Assembly: GCA_963743915.1 (NCBI GenBank)
Contig: CAVURN010000001.1
Location: forward strand, 96,001 to 160,000
DNA length: 64,000 nucleotides
Direction: 5' to 3'
Source of the DNA: an uncultured Actinomycetota bacterium
GTDB taxonomy: Bacteria > Actinomycetota > Actinomycetes > JAHEKZ01
Positions 29,701 through 41,884 of the stretch are shown here, piece after piece. The notes beneath the pieces were generated by a model that did not search any database, was not told the origin of the DNA, and was given only the letters and a program-made list of their open reading frames with translations. A program made the position numbers and the translations under genes. Numbering within the stretch: position 1 is the stretch's first letter; every line of letters starts with the position of its first letter.

Positions 29701-31170
29701 TCAGCCACCGAACCAGTGCTGGGCGGCCGGCGCGAGGTTGCGCCAGACGTGCTTGGTCTCGCGGTACTCGGCAAGCCCGTGCAGGCCGAGCTCACGCCCG
29801 AAGCCGGACTGCTTGTATCCGCCCCACTCCGCCTGCGGGACGTAGGGGTGGAAGTCGTTGATCCAGACGGTGCCGGCACGGAGGCCGGACGCTACGCGAT
29901 CGGCCTTCGCGTCGTCGGAGGTCCACACCGCCCCGGCCAGGCCGTAGTCGGTGTCGTTGGCGAGCCGCAGGGCCTCGGCCTCGTCGGTGAACGTCTCGAC
30001 GGTCATCACCGGGCCGAACGACTCCTCGCGGACCACCGTCATCTCCGGTGTGCAGCGGTCGAGGATCGTGGGGAGGTAGTAGAAGCCGTTGGCGAGCTCG
30101 GGGGCGTCCGGCCGCGTGCCGCCGCAGCGCAGCTCGGCACCCTCGTCCACCCCGGCGGCGACGTACGCCTCGACCTTCGCCCGGTGCGCCTCGGAGATGA
30201 GCGGGCCGGTCTCCGCCCGCTCATCGAACGGGCCGCCGACCCGGATGGTGGAGGCGCGACGCACGAGCTCGTCGACGAACTCGTCGTGGATCGACTCCTC
30301 GACCAGCAGGCGGGCGCCGGCCGAGCACACCTGACCGGAGTGGAGGAACACCGCCGTGAGCGCCATGTCGAGCGCCGCCTCGCGGTCGGCGTCGGCGAAG
30401 ACGATGTTCGGGTTCTTGCCGCCGAGCTCGAGCGCGACCTTCTTCACGGTGGGCGCGGCGGCCGCCATGAGGATCCGACCGGTCGACAAGCCCCCGGTGA
30501 ACGACACGAGATCGACGTCGTGGTGCGTCGACAGCAACGCGCCCACCGCCGGGCCAGTGCCCAGCACGAGGTTGCCCGCGCCGGCGGGCAGGCCGGCCTC
30601 CGCCAGCTCGCGCATCAGCAGGATCGCGGTGGACGGCGTCAGCTCGCTGGGCTTGAGGACGAACGTGTTGCCCGCGGCCAGGGCGGGCGCCACCTTCCAC
30701 GACGTCTGCAGGAGCGGGTAGTTCCACGGCGTGATCAACCCGCAGACGCCGACCGGCTCGTGCACCACGCGGCTGCGCACATCGGTGCGGCCGAGCTCGA
30801 TCTCGCGGTCGGAGTCCTCGGCGGCCAGCTTCGCGTAGTAGCGGAACACGGCGATGATGTCGTCCATGTCGTACTGGCTCTCGACCAGCCGCTTGCCGGT
30901 GTCGAGGGACTCCGCGCGGGCGAACTCGTCGCGGTGGCGCTCGAGGGCGTCGGCGACCCGGTCCAGCAGGGCGCCTCGCTCGGCCGGGCTGGTGCGCGGC
31001 CACGGCCCGTGGTCGAAGGCCGTCCGTGCTGCGGCGATCGCCGCCTCGGTGTCGTCGGCCGTCCCCTCGTCGACGGTGGCCACCAGGGAGCCGTCGGCCG
31101 GGCACCGGATCTCACGGGTGCCGCCCAGCTGGGCGCCGGTCCACGTGCCGTCGATGAAGAAGTCGGCCAC
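29701..31170 (-). CDS. betB: Betaine-aldehyde dehydrogenase
   Basis: [34 protein letters not shown]; adjacent to betA; GTG 31170 with RBS. Confidence 0.88.
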   Translation of the reverse strand: MADFFIDGTWTGAQLGGTREIRCPADGSLVATVDEGTADDTEAAIAAARTAFDHGPWPRTSPAERGALLDRVADALERHRDEFARAESLDTGKRLVESQYDMDDIIAVFRYYAKLAAEDSDREIELGRTDVRSRVVHEPVGVCGLITPWNYPLLQTSWKVAPALAAGNTFVLKPSELTPSTAILLMRELAEAGLPAGAGNLVLGTGPAVGALLSTHHDVDLVSFTGGLSTGRILMAAAAPTVKKVALELGGKNPNIVFADADREAALDMALTAVFLHSGQVCSAGARLLVEESIHDEFVDELVRRASTIRVGGPFDERAETGPLISEAHRAKVEAYVAAGVDEGAELRCGGTRPDAPELANGFYYLPTILDRCTPEMTVVREESFGPVMTVETFTDEAEALRLANDTDYGLAGAVWTSDDAKADRVASGLRAGTVWINDFHPYVPQAEWGGYKQSGFGRELGLHGLAEYRETKHVWRNLAPAAQHWFGG

Positions 31171-31246
31171 AGCACTCCCCTCGGTTGGGGGCCGGTCGGG
31201 GCGAGGGCGAGCGCGACGGCGCTGGCCGGGCGTCCTCCCCGGCTGA

Positions 31247-31285
31247 TGTGGGCCCCACAATGGTGAGCCCCTGGTGGGCCGTCAA
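31247..31285 (-). promoter_or_regulatory. Putative betB promoter with overlapping palindrome
   Basis: TTGACG-N17-CATTGT on the minus strand; TGTGGG-c-CCCACA palindrome at 31247-31259. Confidence 0.45.
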
Positions 31286-31367
31286 GGGTTTGTTGCGGGC
31301 CCGTGACATCCGCCCACCTCTGTTCCACCCAGCGGTTCGCCCCTGGTCACGGGCCTAGGCTGGCGCT

Positions 31368-31811
31368 ATGGCAGATGCACGAAGAGACCTGGCGGTGGAG
31401 CTGTACAACCAGACCTGGGCCCTGCTCGACCAGGAGTCGCGCACGGCGGCCGACGACCGGAGGATGCTGGCCACTGCCATGGGCAGCCGCGCCCTGTGGC
31501 AGGAGATCGGCGGCGCCGAGCAGCATGCGGTCGGCGACTGGCAGGTGGCCCACGTGGCGAGCGTGCTCGGACACGCCGACCTTGCCCTGGACTTCGCCAC
31601 GTCGGCCCACGCGACAGCGGCGGAGGCCGAGGTGCCGCTCTGGCTTGAGGCGTCGACCTGCGAGGGGATGGCCCGGGCCCACGCGGCGGCAGGGCACGCG
31701 GACGAGCGGGACGCCTGGATCGCGCGCGCACAGGAGCTCCTCGTGCGGGTCGACGATGCCGACGACCGGCAGCTGATCGAGGAGCAGCTCGCCAGCATCG
31801 ACCGCGCATGA
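31368..31811 (+). CDS. Hypothetical alpha-helical protein
   Basis: Host-like codon usage, TAGGCT -10 box 6 nt before ATG (leaderless), ATGA overlap with the ATPase. Confidence 0.8.
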   Translation: MADARRDLAVELYNQTWALLDQESRTAADDRRMLATAMGSRALWQEIGGAEQHAVGDWQVAHVASVLGHADLALDFATSAHATAAEAEVPLWLEASTCEGMARAHAAAGHADERDAWIARAQELLVRVDDADDRQLIEEQLASIDRA

Positions 31812-34512
31812 CGGTCCAGGCCACTCCCGGGGGCCGCGACGACCACCATGCGTTGACCGCGCACGAGGTGCTGCTCGTCCTCGAGACCGACCCTGCAAAG
31901 GGGCTGTCGCACGACGAGGCGCGCAGGCGCCTCGAGCAGTTCGGCCCGAACCGGTTGCCCGCTGCCACCGGTGGCACCTGGCTGCTGCGGGTGGCGCGGC
32001 AGTTCCACAACCCGCTGATCTACGTGCTGCTCGTCGCCGGTGTGGTGACCCTCGCGCTGGGCGAGGTCGTCGAGTCCGTGGTGATCTTCGGCGTGGTGCT
32101 CGTCAATGCCGTCGTCGGCTACCTGCAGGAGTCGAAGGCCGAGGCCGCCCTGGACGCGCTGCGTGACATGGTCCGGACAACGACCCACGTCGTGCGCGAC
32201 GGCCGGGTGGTGACCCTCGACTCCGAGCACCTGGTGCCGGGCGACCTGGTCCGGGTCGAGGCGGGTGACAAGGTCCCGGCCGACCTGCGGCTGACCCGCG
32301 AGAACGACGTCGAGGTGGACGAGTCCGCCCTGACGGGGGAGTCCGTGCCCGTCGTCAAGGACGAGGTCACCCTCAGCGTCGACACGGTCGTGGCGGACCG
32401 TCGCAACATGCTGTACTCGGGGACCCTGGTCACCCGCGGCTCGGGCACCGGCGTCGTGGTGGCGACGGGCGCCGCCACCGAGCTGGGCCAGATCCACCGT
32501 CTGGTCGGCGCGGTCGACCCGCTGGCCACCCCCCTCACCCGTCGCCTGGCCGACTTCAGCCGGGTCCTGACGGGGATCATCCTCGGCCTCGCGGTCGTCA
32601 CCTTCGTGATCGGGATCGCCCGTGGCGAGCCAGGGTCGGACATGTTCACGGCGGCCGTCGCCCTGGCCGTGGGCGCGATCCCCGAGGGGCTGCCCGCCGC
32701 GGTGACCATCACGTTGGCGATCGGCGTGGGGCGCATGGCACGCCGTCGCGCCGTCGTGCGCCGGCTGCCCGCGGTCGAGACGCTCGGCAGCACCACGGTC
32801 ATCTGTACGGACAAGACCGGCACGCTCACCCAGAACGAGATGACCGTGGTTGAGGTCTGGACCGACGCCGGGACCCATCGGGTGCACGGCGTCGGCTACT
32901 CCGCCGACGGCTACCTGGACTCCCCGGCGGGCTACGCATCGACCCCCGAAGGCGTGGGCGCCCTCGCCGCCCTGCTCGAGGCGGGCGTGCTCTGCAGCGA
33001 CGCCCACGTGACGGACGCCGAAGGAACCCGGCACGTGGTCGGCGACCCGACCGAGGCCGCCTTGGTGGTGCTCGCGGAGAAGGCCGGACAGCACCCCGCG
33101 CGTCTTCGGGCGCGCTGGCACCGGTTGGAGGAGATCCCCTTCAGCTCGGAGGAGCAGTCGATGCGGGTCCGGTGCAGCGACGGTGCGCAGGAGCGCGTGC
33201 TCGTCAAGGGCGCCGTCGAGCGCATGGTCGGCCTCTGCGCGGTTCAGCGTGGACCGGAGGGGGAGTTGGTGCCGCTCGACGAGGGCCGCGTCCTGCGGGC
33301 CGCCGAGGACATGGCCGCCAGAGGGCTGCGGGTGCTGGCCGCCGCCGAGGGCGCAGCCCGACGCGCCGGGCCAGCCGCTCGACGAGGTCGGCGGACCTGC
33401 AGCTGCTGGGGCTGGTCGGCATGCAGGACCCGCCGCGTCCTGCGGCGGTGTCGGCGGTCGCCGCCTGCCGGCAGGCGGGCATCGCGGTGAAGATGATCAC
33501 CGGCGACCACCCGGGCACCGCCGTCGCGGTCGCCGCGTCCGTCGGTGTGCTCGACCCCGAGGACGTGGACGCGGTCACTGACCGGGCGCCGAGCTGGCGC
33601 CGTCTGCCGGACGCCGAGCTCGCCGACCGGGTGGACTCCACGAGCGTCTTCGCGCGGGTGTCACCCGAGCAGAAGCTGCGCCTGGTGGAGGCGCTTCAGG
33701 CACACCACCATGTCGTCGCGATGACGGGGGACGGGGTCAATGACGCGCCCGCCCTCCGCCAAGCGGACATCGGGGTCGCCATGGGGCAGGGAGGCACCGA
33801 GGTCGCGAAGGAGGCGTCCGACATGGTGCTCACCGACGACGACTTCGCCACCATCGAGGCTGCCGTGGAGGAAGGCCGCGGGGTCTTCGACAACCTCACC
33901 AAGTTCATCGTCTGGACCTTGCCGACCAACATGGGGGAGGGGCTGGTCGTGCTGGCGGCGATCCTCTTCGGTGCGACGCTGCCGATCCTCCCGGTGCAGA
34001 TCCTCTGGATCAACATGACGACCGCCGTGGCCCTGGGTCTGATGCTGGCCTTCGAGCCGAAGGAGGCCGGGATCATGACGCGTCCCCCGCGGGACCCGCA
34101 GGCTCCACTCCTGAGTCGCGCCCTCGTCGAGCGGATCCTGCTGGTGTCCGCGGTGCTGGTCGGTGGCTCGTGGTGGGTCTTCCAGTGGGAGCTCGCCGAC
34201 GGCTCGTCGGTCGAGGTGGCGCGCACCGCGGCTGTCAACCTCTTCGTCGTGGTCCAGGCCTTCTACCTGATCAACTGCCGCAGCCTCACCTCGTCGGTCT
34301 GGGCGATCGGCTGGCTGAGCAACCGGTGGGTGATCGGTGGACTGGTCGTCCAGGTCGTCGGCCAGGCGGCGCTCACCTACCTGCCCGTGATGCAGACCCT
34401 GTTCGACACCGCTCCGTTGGACGCGGTTGCCTGGCTGCGGATCCTTGCCGTCGGTCTGCTGTCCTGGGTGGTGGTCACGGTCGACAAGTTCGCGCGCCGC
34501 CACCGGTTCTGA
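31808..34512 (+). CDS. P-type cation-transporting ATPase, type II (CtpF/Ca2+-like; frameshift near 33360-33400)
   Basis: LTGES, IPEGLP, DKTGTLT, KGA, MITGD, MTGDGVNDAPAL, ILWINM. Confidence 0.92.
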
Positions 34513-34530
34513 GGAGGGGGTCGTTCCCGC

Positions 34531-35772
34531 CTAGTGGGCTTCGAGGGCCTCGCGCATGGCGAGCAGCTTGGTCTGCGACTCCGCGAGCTCCTCCGGCGGG
34601 GGACGAGCCGGCGACCACCCCACACCCGGCGAACATCCGAAGGCTGCGCGGGTCGTCCGGGTCGATCTGCGCGCACCTCAGCGCGATGCCGAACGCGCCG
34701 TCACCGCGTGCGTCGATCCAGCCGACCGGTCCTGCGTAGCGCCCCCGGTCCATGTCCTCGAGCTCGCCGGATCAGCGCGCGGGCGCGGCCGGTGGGCGTG
34801 CCGCACACCGCTGCCGTGGGGTGCAGGGCCGCGGCCAGGTCGAGGGCCGTCTCACCGTTGGCCAGGCGTCCGGTGATGTCGGTCTGCAGGTGCTGGACGT
34901 TGGCGAGGCGGACGACCTCAGGTGCGCGCGGGACGACCAGGTCGGAGCAGAACGGGCCGAGCGAGTCGGCCACCGAGCGGACCGCGTAGTCGTGCTCGAC
35001 CCGGTCCTTGGCGGACGCCAGCAGCTCGGCCGCGTGCTGCGCGTCCACGACCGCGTCGCCGACTGCGGGGGATGGTGCCGGCCAGGACCCGTGACACGAC
35101 GTGGTCGCCCGTGCGCCGGACGAGCAGCTCCGGGGTCGAGCCCACCAGGCCGTCGACGGCAAAGGTCCAGCAACCCGGGTACGCCCGCGCGAGCGGCGTC
35201 AGCAGTGCCCTCGGGTCGATGGGGTCGTGCGCGGTGGCCAGCAGGTCGCGGGCCAGCACCACCTTCTCGAGCGTCCCGGCCTCGATGTGCGCCACCGCGG
35301 CCGCCACGGCCCGCTCATAGGCGGCCGACGAGACGCTGCCGTCGCTGTAGCGCACGTCGCGGATGGGCCGGACCGGACCGGGATCGGGGAGCTCGGCCGT
35401 GGCGTCGCCGACGGTGGTGATCCAGGAAGCACCGTCGCGACGTCCGACCACGACGGAGGGCACCACCACGACCGACTCGGCAGGGCCGTCGTCGAAGGTG
35501 AAGGAGGCGAACGCCACCGGACCGGACCCGGCGACGGCCACCTGGTCGTCGATGTCGAAGGACGCCACCAGCTCGCGCCACCACGCCGCCGCCTCGGCAA
35601 AGCGGTGAGGACCGCGGAGCGTGAGCCGGGCAGCCTCTCCCCACGCGGCGAAGCCGTCGGTGCCTCGGGTCCAGGCAACAGATCCGCTGGCGGGAAGGGT
35701 GCTCAGCAGGGGCCCGGGGTCGGAGATGGGGAGGGAGCGCACGGCTGTGCGGGTGCGGGCCGTGGTGCTCAC
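34531..35772 (-). CDS. menF: Isochorismate synthase (several frameshifts)
   Basis: [47 protein letters not shown] across frames. Confidence 0.88.
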
Positions 35773-35856
35773 AGTGCCCAAGCCTATGCCCGTCGGGGCT
35801 GCTGGGCTCGCCGGGCCGCCGTGCGGCACCAGGCCTGGGCGCGGCAGACTCCTGCC

Positions 35857-36552
35857 GTGACCAGGGCCGACCTCGACAAGCAGCCGCGCGACGTGGCGAG
35901 CATGTTCGACGACGTGGCGTCCCGCTACGACCTGACCAACGACGTGCTGTCGCTGGGGCAGGACCGGCGCTGGCGCTCAGCTGTCGTCGATGCGGTCGAC
36001 CCCCGTCCCGGAGAGCGGGTGCTCGACCTCGCGGCGGGGACGGGCACCTCGTCGGCCCCGTTCGCCGACCGCGGCGCCTTCGTGGTGCCGTGCGACTTCT
36101 CGCAGGGGATGCTCTCCGTCGGCAAGCAACGGCGTCCTGCAGCTGCCGTTCGTCGCAGGCGACGGGCTTCGTCTGCCGTTCGCCGACGGCACCTTCGACG
36201 CGGTCACCATCTCGTTCGGCCTCCGCAACCTGCACGACACCGAGCGCGGCCTTCGTGAGCTGCTGCGGGTCACGCGTCCCGGCGGGCAGGCTGCGTCGTC
36301 TGCGAGTTCAGCCATCCGACCTGGGCCCCGTTCCGCACGGTGTACACCGAGTACCTCATGCGCGCACTGCCGTCGGTGGCGCGTGCGGTGTCCAGCAACC
36401 CCGACGCGTACGTCTACCTGGCTGAGTCGATCCGTGCCTGGCCCGACCAGCAGGCCCTGTGCCGCGTGCTCGCCTCGGTGGGATGGGGCGCGGTCGCGTG
36501 GCGCGACCTGTCGGGGGGCATCGTGGCCCTGCACCGCGCCACCCGCCCCTGA
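35857..36552 (+). CDS. menG: Demethylmenaquinone methyltransferase (frameshifted)
   Basis: [41 protein letters not shown]. Confidence 0.92.
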
Positions 36553-36690
36553 GCCGTGGGACGTCGGACTCGAGAGTCTTCGGATCATCGAATGGCCGGC
36601 TGTCCGCACCGAGGGCTCGGACCGCTCTGCGTCCACACCGAGGGCTTTCGGGCTGCGCCGGTGCGTTGTCGGAATCTGGAGCGCCCCAAC

Positions 36691-36722
36691 TACACTGGCG
36701 CGGCTCGTGAACAGATTCACAA
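36691..36722 (+). promoter_or_regulatory. -10 box and Rex operator-like site
   Basis: TACACT (36691-36696) then TCGTGAA-caga-TTCACAA (36705-36722), 1 mismatch to TTGTGAA-N4-TTCACAA. Confidence 0.75.
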
Positions 36723-36746
36723 GTCTCCGCTCGCCGAGGACTCCGC

Positions 36747-38042
36747 GTGAACCAGGCCCCACGGACCGCCCGCCAACGACCGCAGCGCCGACGTCATCGT
36801 CGTCGGAGCAGGTCCTGCCGGCTCCACCACGGCCTACCACCTCGCGCAGGCCGGCCTCGACGTGCTGCTGCTCGAGAAGACCGCCTTTCCTCGCGAGAAG
36901 GTCTGCGGTGACGGCCTGACGCCGCGGGCCGTCAAGCAGCTGCTCGCGATGGGCATCGAGCCGGATGCCGCCGACGGCTGGATCCGCAACCACGGGCTCC
37001 GCATCATCGGCGGCGGCATGCGCCTGGAGCTGCCGTGGCCCGACCTCGCGAGCTTCCCGAACTACGGCCTGGTCCGCACGCGCGAGGACTTCGACGAGAT
37101 CCTGGCGCACCAGGCGCAGAAGGCCGGCGCGCGTCTGCACGAGCGCACCACGGTCACCGGTCCGCTGCTGGACGCACGTGGGCCGGATCGTCGGCGTCAC
37201 CGCCCGGGCGATCGGACGCCGACGGCAGCGACGCCGACGAGGTCGAGATCCGAGCTCCGCTCGTCGTGGCCGCGGACGGCAACTCCACCCGGCTCTCGCT
37301 GGCGATGGGGCTGCGCAAGCGGGACGACCGCCCGATGGGCGTCGCGGTGCGCACGTACTACACGAGCCCGCGCACCGACGACGACTGGCTGGAGTCGTGG
37401 TTGGAGCTGTGGGACGGTGACCGGCTGCTTCCCGGTTACGGGTGGATCTTCGGGGTGGGCGACGGCACCGTGAATGCCGGCCTCGGCATCCTCAACTCCT
37501 CCGCGGCCTTCGGCAAGGTCGACTACCGCGACCTCCTGCGCCGTTGGCTCGACACCACGCCCGAGGAGTGGGGCTTCCGCGAGGCCAACCGCACCCAGCC
37601 GATCCGGGGCGCCGCGCTGCCCATGGGCTTCAACCGGACCCCGCACTACACCCGCGGCCTGCTCCTGGTCGGGGACGCCGGCGGCATGGTCAACCCGTTC
37701 AACGGTGAGGGCATCGCCTACGCGATGGAGTCGGGCGCCATGGCGGCGGAGACCATCGTCCAGGCACTCGGACGCCCCACGGCACCCGCGCAGGAGCGCG
37801 CGCTCGAGGCCTATCCCGCGGCGCTGAAGGACACCTACGGCGGCTACTACACGCTCGGTCGCGTCTTCGTGAAGCTCATCGGCAACCCCAAGGTCATGAA
37901 GCTCGCTACCCGGCACGGTCTGCCACACCCGACGCTCATGCGCTTCACCCTGAAGCTGCTCGCCAACCTCACCGACCCGCGCGAGGGGGACGCCATGGAC
38001 AAGGTGATCAACGCCCTCACGAAGGTGGCTCCGGCGGCGTGA
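36747..38042 (+). CDS. menJ: Geranylgeranyl reductase family menaquinone reductase (frameshifted)
   Basis: [49 protein letters not shown]; between menG and nuoA. Confidence 0.85.
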
Positions 38043-38151
38043 CCTGCGCCTGCCACCCCACCCTGGCCCTCCTGCCGAGCGGTCCTAGGATGATCGGCGG
38101 TCCGCAGCCTCCTGCCCGGACCGTCGCAGGACACGAAGGGAGGGGCCCGGA

Positions 38152-38511
38152 GTGAACCCGATCGTCCCGATCCTCTTCCTCGGTCTCGTCGCCTTCGGCT
38201 TCGCGGCCTTCTCGATCGTCGCGGGGTCGCTGTCCGGGCCGCGACGGTACAACCGGACCAAGCTGGACGCCTACGAGTGCGGCATCGAGCCCACGCCGCA
38301 GCCCATCGGTGGCGGGCGCTTCCCGGTGAAGTACTACCTCACCGCCATGCTGTTCATCCTGTTCGACATCGAGATCGTCTTCCTCTACCCCTGGGCGGTC
38401 GCCTTCGACCGGCTGGCGCTGTTCGGCCTGATCGAGATGCTGCTGTTCATCGCGACGCTGGGCGTCGCCTACGCGTACGTGTGGCGACGAGGGGGACTCG
38501 AATGGGACTAG
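38152..38511 (+). CDS. nuoA: NADH-quinone oxidoreductase subunit A
   Basis: YECGIEP, FILFDIEIVFLYPWA. Confidence 0.96.
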   Translation: MNPIVPILFLGLVAFGFAAFSIVAGSLSGPRRYNRTKLDAYECGIEPTPQPIGGGRFPVKYYLTAMLFILFDIEIVFLYPWAVAFDRLALFGLIEMLLFIATLGVAYAYVWRRGGLEWD

Positions 38512-38535
38512 GGCATCAGAGCGGGAGGTCGGCAC

Positions 38536-39090
38536 ATGGGACTTGAGGAACAGCTGCCGAGCGGCATCCTGCTCACCACCGTCGAGAAGTTCGCCGGGTG
38601 GGCACGGGCGGGATCCTTGTGGCCGGCCACCTTCGGGCTCGCCTGCTGCGCGATCGAGATGATGGCCAGCGGTGCGGGTCGCTACGACCTCGCCCGCTTC
38701 GGTATGGAGGTCTTCCGTGCCTCACCCCGACAGGCCGACCTGATGATCGTGGCCGGCCGGGTCAGCCAGAAGATGGCGCCGGTGCTGCGGCAGATCTACG
38801 ACCAGATGGCCGAGCCCAAGTGGGTCCTGTCGATGGGGGTCTGCGCCTCCAGCGGCGGCATGTTCAACAACTACGCGATCGTCCAGGGCGTCGACCACAT
38901 CGTCCCCGTCGACATCTACCTGCACGGCTGCCCGCCCCGGCCGGAGATGCTGATGGACGCCATCCTCAAGCTCCACGAGCAGATCAAGAACGACAAGCTC
39001 GGGGCGCAGCGGGTCGAGCTCCAGCGCGAGCTCGAGGCGTCTGCGCTGACGGCCGTGCCGACCAGCGAGATGAAGGGGCTGCTCCGGTGA
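38536..39090 (+). CDS. nuoB: NADH-quinone oxidoreductase subunit B
   Basis: [23 protein letters not shown]. Confidence 0.97.
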   Translation: MGLEEQLPSGILLTTVEKFAGWARAGSLWPATFGLACCAIEMMASGAGRYDLARFGMEVFRASPRQADLMIVAGRVSQKMAPVLRQIYDQMAEPKWVLSMGVCASSGGMFNNYAIVQGVDHIVPVDIYLHGCPPRPEMLMDAILKLHEQIKNDKLGAQRVELQRELEASALTAVPTSEMKGLLR

Positions 39091-39785
39091 CCGAACCGAC
39101 CCCCGGACCCGAGGTAGTCCCCGCCGACGTCGCCTCCCTCGACGTCGTCGACGTGCGTGCCGGCATGTTCGGTGCGCAGGACGGCGGCGACACCAGTGGC
39201 TTCGGTGGACTCGTACGAGCCGTGTCGGTCGCGCCCGCGGCCAGCCGCCCCTACGGGGGGTGGTTCGACGAGGCGGTGGACGCACTCGAGCGTGCCTACC
39301 CGCACTTCGCCGATGCGATCGAGAAGGTCGTCGTGGAGCACGGCGAGCTGACTCTGCACATCCGCCGCGAGCGGTTGGTCGAGGTCGCGCAGATCCTGCG
39401 CGACGACGCCGCTCTGCGGTTCGAGATGTGCCTGGGGGTCAGCGGTGTTCACTGGCCCGGGGACTCGGGGCGTGAGCTCCACGCCGTCTACCCGCTCCTG
39501 TCGTACACCCACAACCGACGCATCGCGCTCGAGGTCTCGTGCCCGGACGCCGACCCGCACATCCCCTCGCTGTTCTCGGTGTACCCCGCCAACGACTGGC
39601 ACGAGCGTGAGACGTACGACTTCTTCGGGATCATCTTCGACGGGCACCCGTCGCTGACCCGGATCGAGATGCCGGACGACTGGCCGGGTCACCCGCAGCG
39701 CAAGGACTACGACCTCGGGGGCATCCCGGTGGAGTACAAGGGCGCCCAGATCGACCCGCCGCAGGAGCGGAGGCACTACTCATGA
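39087..39785 (+). CDS. nuoC: NADH-quinone oxidoreductase subunit C
   Basis: [20 protein letters not shown]; GTG overlaps the nuoB stop. Confidence 0.95.
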   Translation: MTEPTPGPEVVPADVASLDVVDVRAGMFGAQDGGDTSGFGGLVRAVSVAPAASRPYGGWFDEAVDALERAYPHFADAIEKVVVEHGELTLHIRRERLVEVAQILRDDAALRFEMCLGVSGVHWPGDSGRELHAVYPLLSYTHNRRIALEVSCPDADPHIPSLFSVYPANDWHERETYDFFGIIFDGHPSLTRIEMPDDWPGHPQRKDYDLGGIPVEYKGAQIDPPQERRHYS

Positions 39786-41159
39786 CGACCGGGCCGTACG
39801 ACACCGTCACCGACGAGGCACCCTCGGCCTCCACCGACCCCTACGCCGACTCCCGGGAGACCACCGAAGGGCGCGTGTACACCGTCAGCGGTGGCGACTG
39901 GGACGCCTTCGCGGCCGAGGCCGCAGAGCTCGCCGAGGGACAGCTGGTCGTCAACATGGGGCCCCAGCACCCCTCGACCCACGGCGTGCTCCGCCTCATC
40001 CTGCAGCTCGAGGGCGAGACGGTCACCGACACCCGCTGCGGCATCGGCTACCTGCACACCGGCATCGAGAAGTCCGCCGAGTTCCGCACCTGGACGCAGG
40101 GCGTCACCTTCGTGACGCGCATGGACTATCTGGCCCCGATCTTCAACGAGACCGCCTACTGCATGGGCGTCGAGCGGCTGCTCGGCATCACCGACGACGT
40201 TCCCGAGCGCGCCCAGCTGATCCGGGTGCTCATGATGGAGCTCAACCGGATCTCCTCACACCTGGTGTGCATCGCCACCGGTGGCATGGAGATCGGTGCG
40301 CTCACCGTGATGACGATCGGGTTCCGTGAGCGCGAGCTCGTGCTCGACGTCCTCGAGCTCGTGAGCGGCCTGCGCATGAACCACGCCTACGTCCGCCCCG
40401 GCGGTGTGGCCAACGACCTGCCCGAGGGCGGCATCGAGAAGATTCGCGACTTCCACAAGCTCATGGGCAAGCGGATCTACGACTACATCAAGCTCTGCAA
40501 CGAGAACCCCATCTTCAAAGGCCGCCTGGTCGATGTCGGCTACCTCGACCTGGCCGGCTGCATGGCGCTGGGCATCACCGGCCCGATCCTGCGGTCCACC
40601 GGACTGCCGTGGGACCTGCGCAAGACCCAGCCCTACCTCGGGTACGAGACCTTCGACTTCGAGGTCCCGACCTGGGACACCTGCGACGCCTACGGCCGGT
40701 TCCGGATCCGGCTCGACGAGATGGTCGAGTCGTTGCGGATCATCGAGCAGGCCCTCGACCGGCTCGAGCAGACTCCGGGTCCGGTCATGGTCGACGACCC
40801 CAAGATCGGCTGGCCTGCCCAGCTGTCGATCGGCACCGATGGGCAGGGCAACAGCCGGGCGCACATCAACAAGATCATGAACGAGTCGATGGAAGCCCTG
40901 ATCCACCACTTCAAGCTCGTGACCGAGGGCTTTCCCACCCCCACCGGTCAGGTGTACAGCCCGGTGGAGTCGCCCCGAGGCGAGCTCGGCCGCCGTCCTC
41001 ACCAGCGATGGAGGCACCCGTCCGTACCGCGTGCACATGCGCGACCCCTCGTTCAACAACCTTCAGGCGGTCGGAGCCATGTGCGCAGGCGCGCAGGTGG
41101 CCGACGTCATCGTGGCCGTCGCGTCGATCGACCCCGTCATGGGTGGCGTGGACCGCTGA
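39782..41159 (+). CDS. nuoD: NADH-quinone oxidoreductase subunit D (frameshift near 40990)
   Basis: [23 protein letters not shown]; C-terminus RDPSF...DPVMGGVDR* in the shifted frame. Confidence 0.93.
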
Positions 41160-41187
41160 CCGGCAGACAACGGACCTAAGGACACCC

Positions 41188-41883
41188 ATGGCGATCTCAG
41201 ACACCACCCGTAGCCAGATGCGCGAGGTGCTCGACCGCTATCCGCAGAAGCGGTCGGCGCTGATGCCGCTGCTCCACCTGGTGCAGGCGGATGAGGGCCA
41301 CATCAGCCCGGAGGGGTTGCGTGAGGTGGCCGACCTCATCGACCTCACCGAGGCCGAGGTCACGGCGGTGGCCACCTTCTACACGATGTACCTGAGGCGG
41401 GCGAGCGGTCGCGTGCGCGTGGGCGTCTGCGTCAACTCACTCTGTGCCGTGCTCGGCGGCGACGAGATCTGGGACGCGCTCGTCGACCACTGTGGAGTGG
41501 GCAACCACGAAACCACCGAGGACGGTGCGGTCACGCTGGAGCGCATCGAGTGCCAGGCGGCCTGCACCCACGCGCCGGTGATGACCGCCAACTGGGAGTT
41601 CCTCGATGACATGACAGTGGCCAAGGCCAAGCAGGTCGTGGACGACGTGCGTGCCGGTCGTCCTGTGCAGAGCACCCGTGGCCCGGTCGTGCGTACGTTC
41701 GCCGAGGCGGAGCGGACCATCGCGGGAGTCGACGACGGGCTCACCGCCGATGGTGACCACCGTGACGACCGCACGCTGGTGGGGCTCCGTCTGGCCCAGT
41801 CCAACGGCGACCTCCAGCGCAGCGACGAGGCCCAGGCCGCGGCTGCGCAGCGTCGATCCGGTGCGACTACGGAGGGACACTGA
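41188..41883 (+). CDS. nuoE: NADH-quinone oxidoreductase subunit E
   Basis: RSALMPLLHLVQ, VATFYTMY, CVNSLC...CQAAC 2Fe-2S ligands. Confidence 0.94.
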   Translation: MAISDTTRSQMREVLDRYPQKRSALMPLLHLVQADEGHISPEGLREVADLIDLTEAEVTAVATFYTMYLRRASGRVRVGVCVNSLCAVLGGDEIWDALVDHCGVGNHETTEDGAVTLERIECQAACTHAPVMTANWEFLDDMTVAKAKQVVDDVRAGRPVQSTRGPVVRTFAEAERTIAGVDDGLTADGDHRDDRTLVGLRLAQSNGDLQRSDEAQAAAAQRRSGATTEGH

Positions 41884-41884
41884 C

